A DNA stretch of 64,000 nt from Octopus vulgaris (GCA_951406725.2 OX597824.1:36952001-37016000); one strand, 5' to 3'; numbered from the stretch's first letter, positions 1-13,892 are shown. The notes: generated by a model not told the origin, from the letters alone. Translations and numbers: made by a program.

Positions 1-44
1 ATATAGATATGCGCATGCACACACACACATATAGATATGCGCAT

Positions 45-76
<32 letters not shown>

Positions 77-261
77 CACACAGTTTCCTTCTACCAAATC
101 CATTCACAAGGATTTGGGTGGCCTGAGGTTATAGTAGAAGACACTTGCCCAAGGTGTCACACAGTGGGACTGAACCTGGAACCATGTGGGTGGGAAACAA
201 ACATTTAGATTTGCACCCATGATATATAATTATATTAAAATTCAATGATATATGTTTATAT

Positions 262-570
262 GGGAGACCCCCTTCGGTCATGAATGCCCATGGGATTGAA
301 CACAGAAAGTTACCCTCTGAGGTACAAGTCCAGGCATGGTTGTTTATGGAAGGCCAGCAGTCGCCCATGCATACCAGCCTCCCCTCTCCACACCACTGAT
401 GTTATCCAAGGGAAAGGCAAAGGCCGATACAGCTTGGCACCAGTGATGTCGCAACTCATTTTTACAGATGAGTTAACTGGAGCAACGTGAAATAAAGTAA
501 GTATCTTGCTCAAGAACACAACACGCAGCCCGATCCATGAATTGAACTCAATGCTCTAACCACTGAGCCA
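262..570 (-). mobile_element. SINE family E
   Basis: Homologous to 29722-30058. Confidence 0.82.
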
Positions 571-1182
571 ACACACATACAAAACTTTTTATAATTTATG
601 TAGGCCTTGTATATTCAACTAAACATTATGGGAAAAAAAAACAATATATCTGATTGTCCACTTTATAAATACACACACATACACACACACATGCGCGCAC
701 ACACACACACACACATATACATGTACAAAAATGTACAGAAGCCAAGCCAAAATAGAAAAGGATAGATAGAGGTAATTTCGAATAAAAAAGAGGCTTTATA
801 TTTGTCAAAGACATCATGACTGGTGCTAATGAGGCCACAAACTACATCCAGGGCAAATTTATTAAGTGGTTTGTCAGAAAAAGGTCGGGTCAGTTAGAAT
901 GAAAAACAAAAATATAAAAAAAAGTAGTATACAAAAAAATGGACACTGTGTCAAAGGCAACTCAGTTAGTAGTGGGATCAGAGACTGTGAATAAGACCTG
1001 ATGACAAATAGATGGAAACTGGGAGCGGGTCTTACCACAGACCATCTCTTGTTAATGTCATTGACATGATAAATTACAAAGAGCCCATGTTGTAAATTGG
1101 TTGTTGATGAGGAAGATGTCCAGCCATTAAGAAAACAATAACAAAGTTGGTCAGTTTTTACATACATCATGTATGTGTATAC

Positions 1183-1393
1183 CCTTACTCTTTTACTTGT
1201 TTCAGTCATTTGACTGTGGCCATGCTGGAGCACCGCCTTTAGTTGAGCATATCGACTCCAGGACTTACTCTTTGGAAGCCTAGTACTTATTCTATCGGTC
1301 TCTTTTGCCAAACCACCAAGTTACAGGGACGTAAACACACCAGCATTGGTTGTCAAGCAATGTTGGTGGGGACAAACACAGACACACAAACAT

Positions 1394-1449
<56 letters not shown>

Positions 1450-1453
1450 TCAC

Positions 1454-1500
<47 letters not shown>
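1183..1500 (-). mobile_element. SINE family A (tRNA-derived, ~400 bp), 3' half
   Basis: ttttacttgtttcagtcatttgactgtggccatgctggagcaccgcc tail shared by many copies in window. Confidence 0.85.
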
Positions 1501-1528
<28 letters not shown>

Positions 1529-2019
1529 GTCATGGCCCCAAAAGTTTGGAATGTTTTTTAAAAAAAATTAAAATTGTTATGCCCAAGTACAATTTAGGCA
1601 TTTAATATAAAAATTCTAGTTTTCAGACCTATGTTCTAAACTTTTGTCCTTGACTGAATATTGAGACAACATTGACTTAAACCCATACCCTAGCTTTACA
1701 TGGGTAGTGAATGCGGAACATATATTACTGGCAGACTGAGTAGTTGAAGTAGTCAGAGTATGTGACACAGTAACCAAACATAAATTAATCATAGGCAACA
1801 CTGACTTCTGATTAAGCACTACAGTTAGGACTAAGCAAAAACATCATTTCTATGCGATCTTCTCAGGAAAGACCTCATTTTCACAGTAGTTGACTGTAAA
1901 TTACATGGAGGCTGTGAAGGAATGAAGAGAAAACAATACTCTCAGAGTTATATGTTTGAAGAACTAACCATCTTAAGAAGAATTGGTCGTAGCATGCAAG
2001 AGAGAAGAATGTGTTGGTT

Positions 2020-2295
2020 CGAGATATTTGATGTCTGTGGGAGTTAGGTGAAGAAGAGCTAAAGAATCCAAGTGGAAGAAGCCAATGGAAGAGGGAGACT
2101 GCAGAAGTAGGAAGAAACGGTAAAAGCAGATATTAAGATGCTGAATCTTAGAAGGGAGATGACAAAGGACCATAACAAAAATTAAGATGCAACAGATGGA
2201 GAAGACCCATTGAAGCTACAATGGCATAGTGAAAGACAAATGATGATGGTGATGGTGGTGGTGATGATGGTGGTGGGAGTGATGATGATGATGTC
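2020..2295 (+). mobile_element. RTE-clade LINE 3' relic
   Basis: GRGR..K..EETVKADIKMLNL..EMTKD-like segment followed by GAT/GGT tail. Confidence 0.5.
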
Positions 2296-2686
2296 AATTT
2301 CAACAGATGCCAGTGATAAACATTTGATGTGAAAAAAGTGGTGGATCTACCACATCTGCCTGGTGTTGCATCTCACATGAATAACCACTTGGGTCCCATT
2401 TCTATTTTCATTCCCAGCTTTTTTTTCCACATCACTGATTACTATTGTAGAAAACTCTGTGAAACTATAATCTGGATTTATGCATATTGTTTACCCTCCA
2501 CACCTTCAAACAAGTGGTGACTAATTCTAATCATACACACACACAAACACACACACACACACACTGAGGTGCTCACACATGTATATGCATGCATGTATGT
2601 ATGTATGTATGTATGTATGTATGTATGTATGTATGTATGTATGTATGTATGTATGTATGACTATATACAGTCTCCCATGATGTTAA

Positions 2687-2898
2687 CCCTTTAACATTCA
2701 GATTGCTCTGTTGAATGTAATTCTTATTAACTCACATTATTTCAGATTAATCATGCATAATCTTGAAGCTTCAATGATGCGATTGTCTAATTTTAGAATG
2801 ACATTGGAGGGTAGGTGTGAAAGGTCATAGCTGGCTGCTTTGAACATAAAACAGGTGGAATATTTAGGCCGGATATCACAGGTTTAAATATTAAAGGG
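2687..2898. mobile_element. piggyBac-type MITE
   Basis: TTAA|CCCTTTA ... TAAAGGG|TTAA. Confidence 0.75.
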
Positions 2899-3084
2899 TT
2901 AAATGCAGCATGTATAATATACCAAAGGTTGCAAACAAACATATTATAACAAATAACAAAATGAGTCTTAGTTTACCATTGAGTATAATTAAACAAGCAG
3001 TCAATGATGTGTGTGAGGCAGAGGGTGATAATTCCCAAAATCCTTTGCAGAATAAATGTACCATCTGGCCTCTAGTTAGACTAA

Positions 3085-3825
3085 GAGGCGTGGCTGTGTG
3101 GTAAGAAGCTTGCTTCCCAACCACATGGTTCTGGGTTTAGTCCCACTGCATGACACCTTAGGCAAGTGTCCTCTTATTTCTTATTTCTTTACTGCCCACA
3201 AGGGGCTACACACAGAGGGGACATACAAGGACAGACAAACGGATTAAGTCGATTATATCAACCCCAGTGTGTAACTGGTACTTATTTAATTGACCCCGAA
3301 AGGATGAAAGGCAAAGTCGACCTCAGCGGAATTTGAACTCAGAACGTAGCGGTAGATGAAATACTGGTAAGCATTTCGCCCAGTGTGCTAACATTTCTGC
3401 CAGCTCGCCGCCTGATGATAAGTGTCCTCTGCTATGGCTTTGGGCTGACCAAAGTCTTGTGAGCAGATTTGGTAGACAGAAACTGAAAGAAACATGTATG
3501 TATGTATGTATGTATATATGTATGTGTGTATGTATGTATGTTTGTATGTGTGTATGTATGTATGTATGTATGTATGTATGTATGCATGTAAGATTGTGTG
3601 TGTGTATGTGTGTGTGAGTCTTTGTGTCAGTGTTAGTCCCCACCCCCACCCCTCAATCAATGCTTGACAACCACTGTTGGTGTGCTTACATTCCAGTAAC
3701 TTAGCAGTTCAGCAAAAGAAAAATATAGAATAAGTACCAAGCATTAAAAAAAATATGTCCTGGGGTCAATTTGTTCCATTGAAAAATCCTTCAAGGCAGT
3801 GCCAAATGACTGAAACAAGTAAAAG
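3085..3825 (+). mobile_element. SINE family A interrupted by a family B SINE
   Basis: A-box tggctgtgtgg, B-box ggtttagtccc; resumes after TSD aagtgtcctct. Confidence 0.85.
3175..3419 (-). mobile_element. SINE family B (tRNA-derived, gcctttcatcctttcggggtcgataaa core)
   Basis: 11-bp TSD aagtgtcctct (3164-3174, 3420-3430). Confidence 0.9.
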
Positions 3826-3827
3826 AT

Positions 3828-4215
3828 ACTCTTTTACTAATTTTAGTCATTTGACTGTGGCCATGCTGGAGCACCGCCTTTAGTCGAGCAAATTGACCCC
3901 AAGACTTATTCTTTGCAAGCCTAGTACTTATTCTATCGATCTTTTTTTGCCGAACTGCTAAGTTACAGGAATGTAAACACACCAGCATCGGTTGTCAAGT
4001 GATGTTGGGGAGACAAACACAGACACACAAACATATACACACAGACATACATATATACGATGGGCTTCTTTCAGTTTCCGTCTAACAAATCCACTCACAA
4101 GGCTTTAGTTGGTCTGAGGCTATAGTAGAAGACATTTGCCAAAGGTGCCACGCAGTGGGACTGAACCCGGAACCATATGGTTGGTAAGCAAGCTACTTAC
4201 CACACAGCCACTATG
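3828..4215 (-). mobile_element. SINE family A
   Basis: Full-length copy. Confidence 0.9.
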
Positions 4216-4624
4216 CCTGTTTGGAAAAATTTAAATAAAAATGTTAATTTTGAGATAGACAAAAGAGATTAAGTCGAAGGAAGTTCTAAAAAACAGAAAT
4301 TAACACAAACATTTCAAGTATTTTTGGAGATTTTATGAAATAGAATAAATAATCTATATAGTAATAATCTACCTTAAAATATTCTTAAAATGGCTGTAGA
4401 TAATGAATTTTCAAGATAAAAAAATGTGTAAAATGTTTAGGAACCATTCATAAAAAAAAAAATGAATCATGCAAGAAGCCATAAAGGGTTTTGACAAGTC
4501 TTAATTAATTTCATGGTTTCATGCTGGGCTGAAGGTTAACAAAGAGATATCTCATCCTTTACTTAATAAACAGCTCTTATCTTCTTTTACACAGATAATT
4601 AGATAAGATATATACTTGTATTGT

Positions 4625-4635
4625 ACCATATATAT

Positions 4636-4709
<74 letters not shown>

Positions 4710-5097
4710 ATATAATATATATATATATATCATCATCATCATCATTTAATATGTGATATATACACACACACACACATACATATGTATGTGTGTGTGTGTG
4801 TGTGTGTATGTATATATGCATATACATATGTGTACATGTGTATGAGTGTGCGTGTGTGCAATTTTTTATTTTTTATTTTTTCTGTCTTGTATTTTTCATA
4901 GTGCGTTATGACAGACAGACAGATTCACACACACACACACACACAAATAGATAGAGAGAGAGAGGGAGAGAGAGAGAGAGAGGGAGAGAGAGAGAGAGAG
5001 GGAGAGAGAGAGAGACAGACAGACAGACAGAGAGAGAGAGAGAGAGATAGACAGATTTGGTAGAACAAACTAGAGTAATAGAACTATATATGAGTAG

Positions 5098-5155
<58 letters not shown>
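4625..5155. repeat. Compound dinucleotide microsatellite field (TA, CA, GA, TG)
   Basis: Direct reading. Confidence 0.9.
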
Positions 5156-5157
<2 letters not shown>

Positions 5158-5395
5158 AGCTGAAAGAAGTTAGAAAAGCAGTTCAGGGGCCAACATGGTA
5201 CTTCTGCTTTTACTTTATTAAGTCTATATTTTTTTAAGTTACAGTGCAATATATATTTATATTTTTCTGACATCACAAAATAAATGTCATCTAAAAATTC
5301 TTTGTAGAAGCAAAATGTCTCGAAATAAAAGTTTGCATTATTTGTGAAGAAACAAAGAAAGTAGAACTAATAAATCGCAGTTATATTATGTCAGA

Positions 5396-5708
5396 GTGGA
5401 GGTACATGGCCTAGTGGTTAGAGCAGCAGACTCATGGTCAAGGGATCGCGGGTTTGAATCTCAAACCGGGCGATGTGTATGTTTATGAGCGAAACACCTA
5501 AGGTCCATGCATCTCCGGCAGAAGGTAAATGGCAAACTCCTGCTGACTCTTTCCCCACAACTTTCTCTCACTCTTTCCTCCTGCATCTTGCAGCTCACCT
5601 GTGATGGACCGGTGTCTTGTCCAGGTGGGGAACCTATATGCCAAGGAAACCCGGGAACCAGCCCTTATGAGCCAGGTGTGACTCGAGAAGGAACAAACTA
5701 CAACAACA
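5396..5708 (+). mobile_element. SINE family C (tRNA-derived head)
   Basis: A-box tggcctagtggttaga, B-box ggtttgaatc; (CAA)n tail. Confidence 0.82.
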
Positions 5709-5884
5709 ATATTATGTCTGTGTTACTTATTTCTTTATAACATTCAACTTGTGATTTAATTCTACAAAGCTAGCAGAATCATTTGAATGTTGGGCAATGT
5801 GCCTCGTAGAATCTGGTTAAGGCTGTTTACGATCTGAGCTCAAAACTTGCAAAGGGTCGACTTTGATATTCCTCCTTCTATTCT

Positions 5885-6336
5885 TATATTCTTTTACTTG
5901 TTTCAGTCATTTGACTGTGGTCATGCTGGAGTACTGCCTTAAGGGGGTTTTTTTTAGTTAAAGAAATCGACCCCAGGATTTATTCTTTGTAAGCCTAGTA
6001 CTTACTCTATCGGTCTCTTTTGCCGAACTGCTAAGTAACGACAAAGTAGACATGCTAACATCAGCTGTCACAGGATGGTGGAAAGGGAACAAACACAGAC
6101 ACTAAGACACACACATAAATATATACATATATATATATACACACACATATGTGTGTGTGTATATATATTATATATATATACGTGAGGCTTCTTTCAGTTT
6201 CTGTCTACCAAATCCACTCACAAGGCTTTGGTCAGCCCAAGGCTGTAGTAGAAGACACTTACCCAAGGTGCCATGTAGTGGGACTGAACCCAGAACCATG
6301 TGGTTGGGAAGAAAGCTTCTTACCACACAGCCACAC
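5885..6336 (-). mobile_element. SINE family A
   Basis: Full-length copy. Confidence 0.88.
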
Positions 6337-6434
6337 CTGATAAAATAAAGCATGAAGGAAATATTGGGGTAAATTTAATCAGCTGACACCCTCCCATCAA
6401 AAATAATTGGCTTTCTGCCTGCATAAGAAACAAT

Positions 6435-7710
6435 TGAGGAGCTGGCAGAATTGTTAGGATGTCAGGCAAAATGCTTAGCAGCATTTCATCTGTCATTATG
6501 TCCTGAGTTCAAATTCCACTGAGGTCAATTTTGCAGTTAATCGTCTCAGGGTCGATAAATTAAGTACCAGCTGATCACTGGGGCCAATGTAATGAATTCA
6601 CCCACTCCCCCGAAATTGCCAGCCTTGTGCCAAAATTTGAAACCATTGTTATTGTTATTCTTATTAGTTTTTCTTCTTTCTTCAAATTTTCTTACATTTC
6701 TCGCCAAGTGTTTTCCGTACACCTAGAGCAGAGAAGCTCATTGTATACATTCCCAGATTACACATGCAAATTCACAGGTAAAATATATATTTGAAAAAAT
6801 GAATAAATAAATAAATTCATGAATGGATGTTGTTTTCACAGCGATAATGCTCTTCTCAGTATATGAGCCATTCCAGTTAACATGATTTTTTGCACTTCCT
6901 GTAGGGATGGTAAGCCTGGTATCATTTTCAAATAGGTTTCAGTACCTTTTTTCTTTTATCATTCCTAGATATCCTATAATCACTGGTACTGTAGCCACCT
7001 TGAGATGCCACATTTTTTCAATTTCTATTAGCAAGTCTTTATATTCACTGATCTTGTCAAATTCTTTCGCCGCTATATTGTGATCGCAAGGAATACTCAT
7101 GTCAATTAATAAACACAACTTTTTTGTCTGATCTTTTATAATAATATCCAGTTTATTAGCTTTTATAGTTTTGTCGCTATGTACAGGGAAGTCCCAGAGA
7201 ATCAACACATATTATTATTTAGGCAGCAAGCTGGTAGAATTATCAGTACACTGGGTGAAAAGCTTAGCAGTATCTCGCTCGTCTTTACGTTATGAACTCA
7301 AATTCCATCAAGGTCAACTTTGCCTTTCATCCTTTCGGGCTCGATAAATTAAGTACCAGTGAAACACTGGAGGTCAATGTAATCGACTCATTCCCCCACA
7401 AATAGCTGCTTTTGTAGAAAAATTTGAAAACCACCACCACCACCACCGCAGCCGCTGCCACCACCACCATCATCATTATTATTAAGGCAGTGACCTGGCA
7501 GAACTGTTTGCATGCTGGGCAAAATGCTCAGCAGCATTTCATCTCTTGCTACATTCTGAGTTCAAATTCCGCCAAGGTCAACTTTGCCTTTCATCTTTTC
7601 GGGGTCAATAAATTAAGTACCAGTTGAGTACTGAGGTTAATGTGATCGACTATCCTCTATACCCCTCCGCACAAAATCCAGCCCTTGTGCCTATAGTAGA
7701 AAGGATTGTT
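6435..7710 (+). mobile_element. Cluster of three family B SINEs (6435-6645, 7220-7432, 7484-7706)
   Basis: Repeated aaggc.g.gagctggcagaa head and shared core; separated by TTA tracts and the Dong fragment. Confidence 0.85.
6667..7210 (-). mobile_element. R4/Dong-clade non-LTR retrotransposon, 3' fragment (restriction-like endonuclease domain + 3' UTR)
   Basis: ILWDFPVHSDKTIKANKLDIIIKD...LIDMSIPCD...KISEYKDL.IEI..MW..K...VPVIIG.LG is the RLE PD-(D/E)xK signature; embedded in TTA/TAA repeats. Confidence 0.88.
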
Positions 7711-7720
7711 ATTATTATCA

Positions 7721-7770
<50 letters not shown>

Positions 7771-8529
7771 GAATTGCTTTATGTTTGAGTGTGAAATCCT
7801 ATCTGACACTTGATAAAATATATGTTAGTCATTCACTCAAGTTGATTCCCTGCTTCTCTCTTTGTGGTCTTGTGTCTACCTTAATCATCATATTCCTGGA
7901 AACCAGATTACCATATGGAAAAAACATACAGCAGGCTGTTTTATATTCAACTTCCCAGCCTGCTTATATGTGGAACGGTGTGGGACAGGGGTTTTTTGTT
8001 GATTGTCACTCTTATTTTGCAACTGAAAATACATTTCCTCTTCCTCCTCCTCCTCATCATCCTCATCATCATCTTCATCATCAACATTAACCGCTCAACT
8101 ATGAAGTGGGAGGAAAACTCCGTCTTCACTAAAGTAAACTCACATTATGAGCTCACTGAAATAAGCTCATATGTTATGTATGTACTTTGCCTTGGGTGGC
8201 AACACAATAGAAGCAAAAGTGTGAATCATGAAGTCAGTAGTTCAATTCTAACAGCTGAGAGAAAAGACCTGAGGGGAGTATACTGTAATACAAATATGGT
8301 AGGCTCTCATGTTTGTAATTTTTTTTTCTTGAACCCTAAGAACAGTTGCCCAGTTTGCATGGTGTATAAATGATTGGGATCAAAACATTTGTCTAAAGGG
8401 GGCACGAGTCTGTTGCTGGACTCAAAGCCAGCAATTTTGAAGGGAGGGTAACAAGTCAATTACATCAACCACAAGGGCATATATTCTGGGTGTGCTAGGT
8501 GTGCACTGCACACCTATTGTAAATTATAA

Positions 8530-8861
8530 GCACCATCTAAGCGTGATCGTTGCCAGAGTGGCTAACTGGTTTCTGTGCCGATGGCACGTAAAAGGCACCA
8601 TTCAAGCGTGATCGTTACCAGTGTTGCCTCACTGGCACGTGAAAAAACATTCGAGTGAAGTCATTGCCAGTACTGCCTGACTGGCCCCTGTGCCAGTGGC
8701 ATGTAAAGTCACCCACTACACTCTCAGAGTGGTTGGCGTTAGGAAGGGCATCCAGCTGTAGAAACTCTGCCAGATCAAGATTGGAACCTGGTGCAGCCAT
8801 CTGGTTCACCAGCCCTCAGTCAAATCATCCAACCCATGCTAACATGGAAAGCAGACGTTAA
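8530..8861 (+). mobile_element. RTE-tailed SINE family D
   Basis: ggcgttaggaagggcatccagctgtagaaac core; ccaacccatgctagcatggaaagc tail. Confidence 0.82.
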
Positions 8862-9072
8862 TTTAATCACAAATCTTAATGGAAAACTTTTGTTATACCT
8901 CTGCATGAAATTTGGTGGCATTGCGTATGGCAGCACACCTAGTACAACCACCACCATATGCCACTGATCAACCCATGTACTTGACTGGTATTTTACTTTA
9001 TCGACTCGGAAAGAATGAAAGGCTAAGTTGATCTTGGTTAGAATTGAACATAAAAAGCCAGAAAAAATACCA

Positions 9073-9244
9073 TAGGCATAGGAGTGGGTGTGTGATAAGT
9101 AGCTTGCTTATCAACCACATGGTTCCAGGTCCAGTCCCATGGCGTGGCACCTTGGGCAAGAGTCTTCTACTATAGCATTGGGCCGACCAAAGCCTTCTGA
9201 GTGGATTTTGTAGACGGAAAATTGAAAGAAATCCGTCGTACATA

Positions 9245-9277
<33 letters not shown>

Positions 9278-9461
9278 GTATGCGTGTGTATATGTATGTG
9301 ACAACCAGGGCTGGTGTGCTTGCTTATGTCCCCATAACTTAGCGGTTCAACAAAAGAGACCGATAGAATAAGTACTGGGTGTACAAAGAATAGTCCTGGG
9401 GTTGATTCGCTCAACTAAAGCCGGTGCTCCAGCACGGCCACAGTCAAATGACTGAAACAAG
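9073..9461 (+). mobile_element. SINE family A
   Basis: Full-length copy. Confidence 0.88.
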
Positions 9462-9784
9462 CTTATATGTGTACATGTGTGTGTGTGTGTATACACACAC
9501 ATACATATATAATGCATGTGTGTGTGTATGTATGTATAGAAAGACTGTCAAAGGGAGAGTGAAGGAAGAAAAAACTAGTGATGCTGATTCTAAAAATATG
9601 ATAGAACTTTGAGAAATTATTTCCTGCTAGTGGTTTATTCTTGATTCCACCCCTGTTTCCAAGAATGAGAGGATTAACTGGGATACATGGATACATGACT
9701 AGAAACGCATAAAGGAGACTCACATTTAACTAATAACTACTTGGATAGCATCAGTCAATCAAAGTTTTTCAACTCTCTCTAAAA

Positions 9785-9983
9785 CAGTGGTTCCCAAACT
9801 TTTTAGAGTCGCGACCCACTATTTATCACACCAGTTTATGACAACCCACTTAACTCTACTTGAACTATCTCGATAGACAGCAGTTCATCAAAGCTAATGC
9901 ATAATTTTATAACTTTTTGCGACCCACTAAGATTCCGTTTGCAACCCATCTGTGGGTTGCGACTCATAATTTGGGAACCACTT
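9785..9983. mobile_element. hAT-type MITE
   Basis: TIR cagtggttcccaaa / tttgggaaccact; 8-bp TSD ctctaaaa at 9777-9784 and 9984-9991. Confidence 0.88.
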
Positions 9984-11102
9984 CTCTAAAATATTCATGA
10001 GATTTGTACTATTTTTGTAATTTGATAAGTAGAACACTGCCCTGGGGCATTTTCCCTCAGTCACAAGAGTTGTTTGATCTTACCTTCACTAGGCCCACAG
10101 TGAATAAAACAGAAAATCAATTCCCAGTATTGCAGTACTGTCATTGATTAGGTTAGTGACTATCCTGTGATATCTATTTACAGAAAGATGGACAAAACCA
10201 TCTGAAAATTAAATATCCTTGTCATAAGTCCACCACTCATTCCAGTTGGCCATCACTCTCACATTTAAAATCTAATGCAGTTTAAACAAAGACCTTTTAA
10301 ATAGTAAACCGAGGAGTCAAGAGATCAAGATAATCAGCCACTAGAGACATAGCAATAAAAAGCATATTGTCTGAAATATAAATAAATATCATGTATTGAA
10401 TGAAATGACAATTAGATATGACTGAGAACATTCCTTCAGTCCTGCACTAATCCACTCCTTGGCAGTGAAAGATAAAAAGATAAACAGCAACAGGAACGAT
10501 TCCCACTGGAAACTGGAATCAATAACAAATGGAGAAGTTAGAGTCAGCCATAGCATAGAGCAATCGTTGATGAAACACTGACATCTTCTCTCTCTTTCGT
10601 CTCGACATTTAAGCATCCGAGATGTAAAACAGTTGTGAATGGGCAGTTGAGTCATCAGCAAATGTGTAGGAATGAGGTAGAGTTTAAGCGGTTTTAGATA
10701 AGAACAAAATAGAGATGATAATAGGGTCCAGGGAGATTCCTTTGTTTGATAAAGGATTGAGTAGGCTCTATCATAATTCATAAACATAAACACCAATTTC
10801 AAAAATAGGCACCAAATGCTCAATTACAGACCCAGGAAAATTGGCAATTACAGTTTTATTTGAAATTTCAGCAAGGCTTATAAAATTATTCTTGGCAGGT
10901 TTTCTACTTGTATGTTTTTATCAATGAAAATTATCAGTAGATAATATTTTTCCTTCTTTTATTTTTTTGTCCTTCATTTCTGCCATAAACTGAGAAATTA
11001 GTTATATAGTACGAACTCTGTCAATGAGCAGTAATGCCATAGCGACTCAGTTCTCATCTTGAGTTTCTAACTTGAGATATCTCTATCATAAAACACATTC
11101 AT

Positions 11103-11135
<33 letters not shown>

Positions 11136-11569
11136 CTCTCTCTCTCTCTCTCTCTATTACCAATTACTTATCATTAATCAAACAGAAATATTCTGTGTTG
11201 CGTCCAAGCAGATGAAGCAAAAGACTTGACTTCATTATCTTCCTAAACTCAACGCCAACAGGGAAAACAGCAAATCTAATAACAAATGCTTGATGACTCT
11301 CACGGACATCAAAACAGAATATCAAATTAGTTAAATTGCCAATATATTATAAATGAGGAGCAGCTGATTGACAACATTTTATTTTGTGGCCAACAACAAT
11401 AGCAGCTGTGTTGTTCGTTACAGGCTTCCCAGGGACCATTCACTGATTCACTCCACTTCTCACAGTCAATGATTAAGTCTATGCACTAGATGTATTTCCA
11501 GAGACTTTCATTCTAAAGCACCAGTTTTACAGTCTTCTCGATGGTTTTTAAGGCATTTACTCCTTTAGT

Positions 11570-11978
11570 CTTTTTACTTTTTTACTTGTTTCAGTCATTT
11601 GACTGTGACCATGCTGGAGCACCGCCTTTGACCGAGCAAATCGACCCCAGGACTTATTCTTAGTAAGCCTAGTATTTATTTTATCGGTCTCTTTTTGCCG
11701 AACCGCTAAGTTACGGGGACGTAAGCACACCAGCATCGGCTGTCAAGCGATGTTGGGGAGACAAACACAGACATACAAACTCACACACACACATATATAT
11801 ATATACATATATACGACAGGCTTCTTTCAGTTTCCATCTACCAAATCCACTCACAAGGCTTTGGTCGGCCAGAGGCTATAGTAAAAGACACTTGCCCAAG
11901 TTGCCATGCAGTGGGACTGAACCCGGAACCATGTGGTTAGTAAGCAAGCTACTTACCACACAGCCACTCCTGCGCCTA
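11570..11978 (-). mobile_element. SINE family A
   Basis: Full-length copy. Confidence 0.9.
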
Positions 11979-12005
11979 TAAACATTGACAAAAGACATTT
12001 ACAAA

Positions 12006-13542
12006 TAAAGGTTGTATCAAAAGGAATGCAAATGTGGGCATAAGTTTATTAACTGATGTAGGTTGTTCAAATAGCACAGGTTGGTATAATAACTCATCCT
12101 TCATAGTAACTCTTCCTTATTTTCCTCTTCATTGCAGGCAAATAATAAGTTTGAAGCAGAAGTAATGTGTTGTCATTGGGTTTTTAATGAAGGAAGGGTG
12201 CAGGTTGTCTAACACCAACAGAAAAGATTATTTAGAGAGATAACAGTATCAACAAGAGAGATGTACACAGATGGATGAAGATTACATAAGGAGAAACCAG
12301 CAATGAAGACAAACCATGCAGTTGGAGACCATGAACTTTACAATCACTAACATGAATTATTTTTTTTATGCGCCCTTTTCAAGCCTAGTCAGGCTCATGG
12401 GCCCGGTTTCCCGGTTTCTGTGGTGTATGTGTTCCCCCCAGTTGGATGGGACACCAGTCCATCGCATTGTTAACCAAGAAAGAGGAAGAAAGAGTGACAG
12501 AAAGTTGGGGCAAAAGAGTACAACAGGGGTCGCCACCATCCCCTGCTGGAACCTCATGGAGCTTTGGGTGTTTTCGCTCAATAAACACATACAACGGAAT
12601 TGAAACCGCGATCCTCTGACCATGAGTCCGCTGCCCTAATCACTGGGCCATTGCGCCTCCTCTAACATGAATTGCCAGCATGTAAATAAACTGGTCCATG
12701 TAGATGTATAACTCACAATTCATGAGCTTGATGCATCACTTAACTGAGGTTACAATGCATTACAGAAGACAGTGAAAACATTTAAGTATTGGCAAATGTG
12801 TGCAAAGCTGGTACCTCAGCAGTTGATACCCGATTTGAAGGAGAGGAGGGTGGAAGCTTGTTCTAATTTGCTGAAAGCATTTGAAACCAATGAAGACAAG
12901 TTTATTTCTGATCAGTTGACAGGGAAGGCTCAGGCCCTAGAATGGCACCACACCCCATTTTCAAGGCCTAAGAAGTTTAAGGGGCAGGGATCTGCACAGA
13001 AAGTCAAGGAGGTAATTTTATAGAATGACAAAAGCATCATTCTCCTTGATTTTCCGGAATGTAGCCATAGCATGAACAGTATGTGGTATACTGAGACACT
13101 TAAAAAGCTTAGAGAAGCCATTAACAGAAAGGGATCAAACAAGAATCTGGAAACAACCCATATTTATAACAACATACGTCTTTAGTTACAAATCAGGCAT
13201 TCAGCACATTGGACTGGTCAGTGGTCCTTGCCATCCACCGTACATCCTGATCTGGTGTCATCTGACTTCTGCCTGTTCAGTCCAATAAAGGACAGTCTTC
13301 AGGAACAATGATTTGTTCTGTGAAAAAAAATGGGTATAACAGTGCACACCTGAATTTATTCAAAAAAGATTCTAGAATTGGATTCAATGATGATAGAGCA
13401 AATACATCCTTTAGGGTAAAGTCTATGTTGCATAGTAATCTTTGTATGGAGAAAGAGTTACTCTATCAACATGTGCAGTTTGAATGACCAATGTCAGTTA
13501 ATGATAAAGTCCACTTTGGCATTACTTTTGGTATAACACTTA
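12006..13542 (+). mobile_element. Full-length degenerate mariner transposon (interrupted by a SINE)
   Basis: TIRs taaaggttgtatcaaaaggaatgc / gcattacttttggtataacactta; transposase relics CAKLVPQQL, EWHHTPFSRPKKFK, YHPDLVSSDFCLF. Confidence 0.85.
12359..12661 (-). mobile_element. SINE family C inserted in mariner
   Basis: 12-bp TSD ctaacatgaatt (12347-12358, 12662-12673). Confidence 0.9.
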
Positions 13543-13548
13543 ATGGCA

Positions 13549-13587
<39 letters not shown>

Positions 13588-13588
13588 A

Positions 13589-13636
<48 letters not shown>

Positions 13637-13693
13637 CATACATACATATACACATACACACACATTATATATGTATTTGTGAGTGCATGTATA

Positions 13694-13892
13694 TGAGGAG
13701 GTACTAAAAAGTCCCTGGCTTTGGGGATCAGTCTATTATGATTTTATCCAATATATCCAGCTCTCAGATTCACACATTTATTGCAGCAGTCCTTCAGTTT
13801 TTCTAAGCCCTGTAAAAGAACTCAGAAGGTTGGGCCTCCAACTAGGCGTTTCACTATACCCTTAAAGCCAGGAACTTTTTAGCAGCTCCTCA
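13694..13892. mobile_element. Mariner-type MITE
   Basis: TA-flanked TIRs tgaggaggtactaaaaagtccctggcttt / aaagccaggaactttttagcagctcctca. Confidence 0.8.

Noticed and set aside
9463-9723. Minus ORF containing IPVNPL as candidate myosin exon 3
   Set aside because: Does not match TYTG.ILVAVNPY, and there is no U12 branch point or acceptor upstream
10389-10823. 144-aa minus-strand ORF
   Set aside because: Non-ATG start, no recognisable domain, composition typical of random AT-rich DNA
12115-12140. Strong + strand splice acceptor (tttcctcttcattgcag)
   Set aside because: Lies in the 5' leader of the mariner element just before its transposase relic
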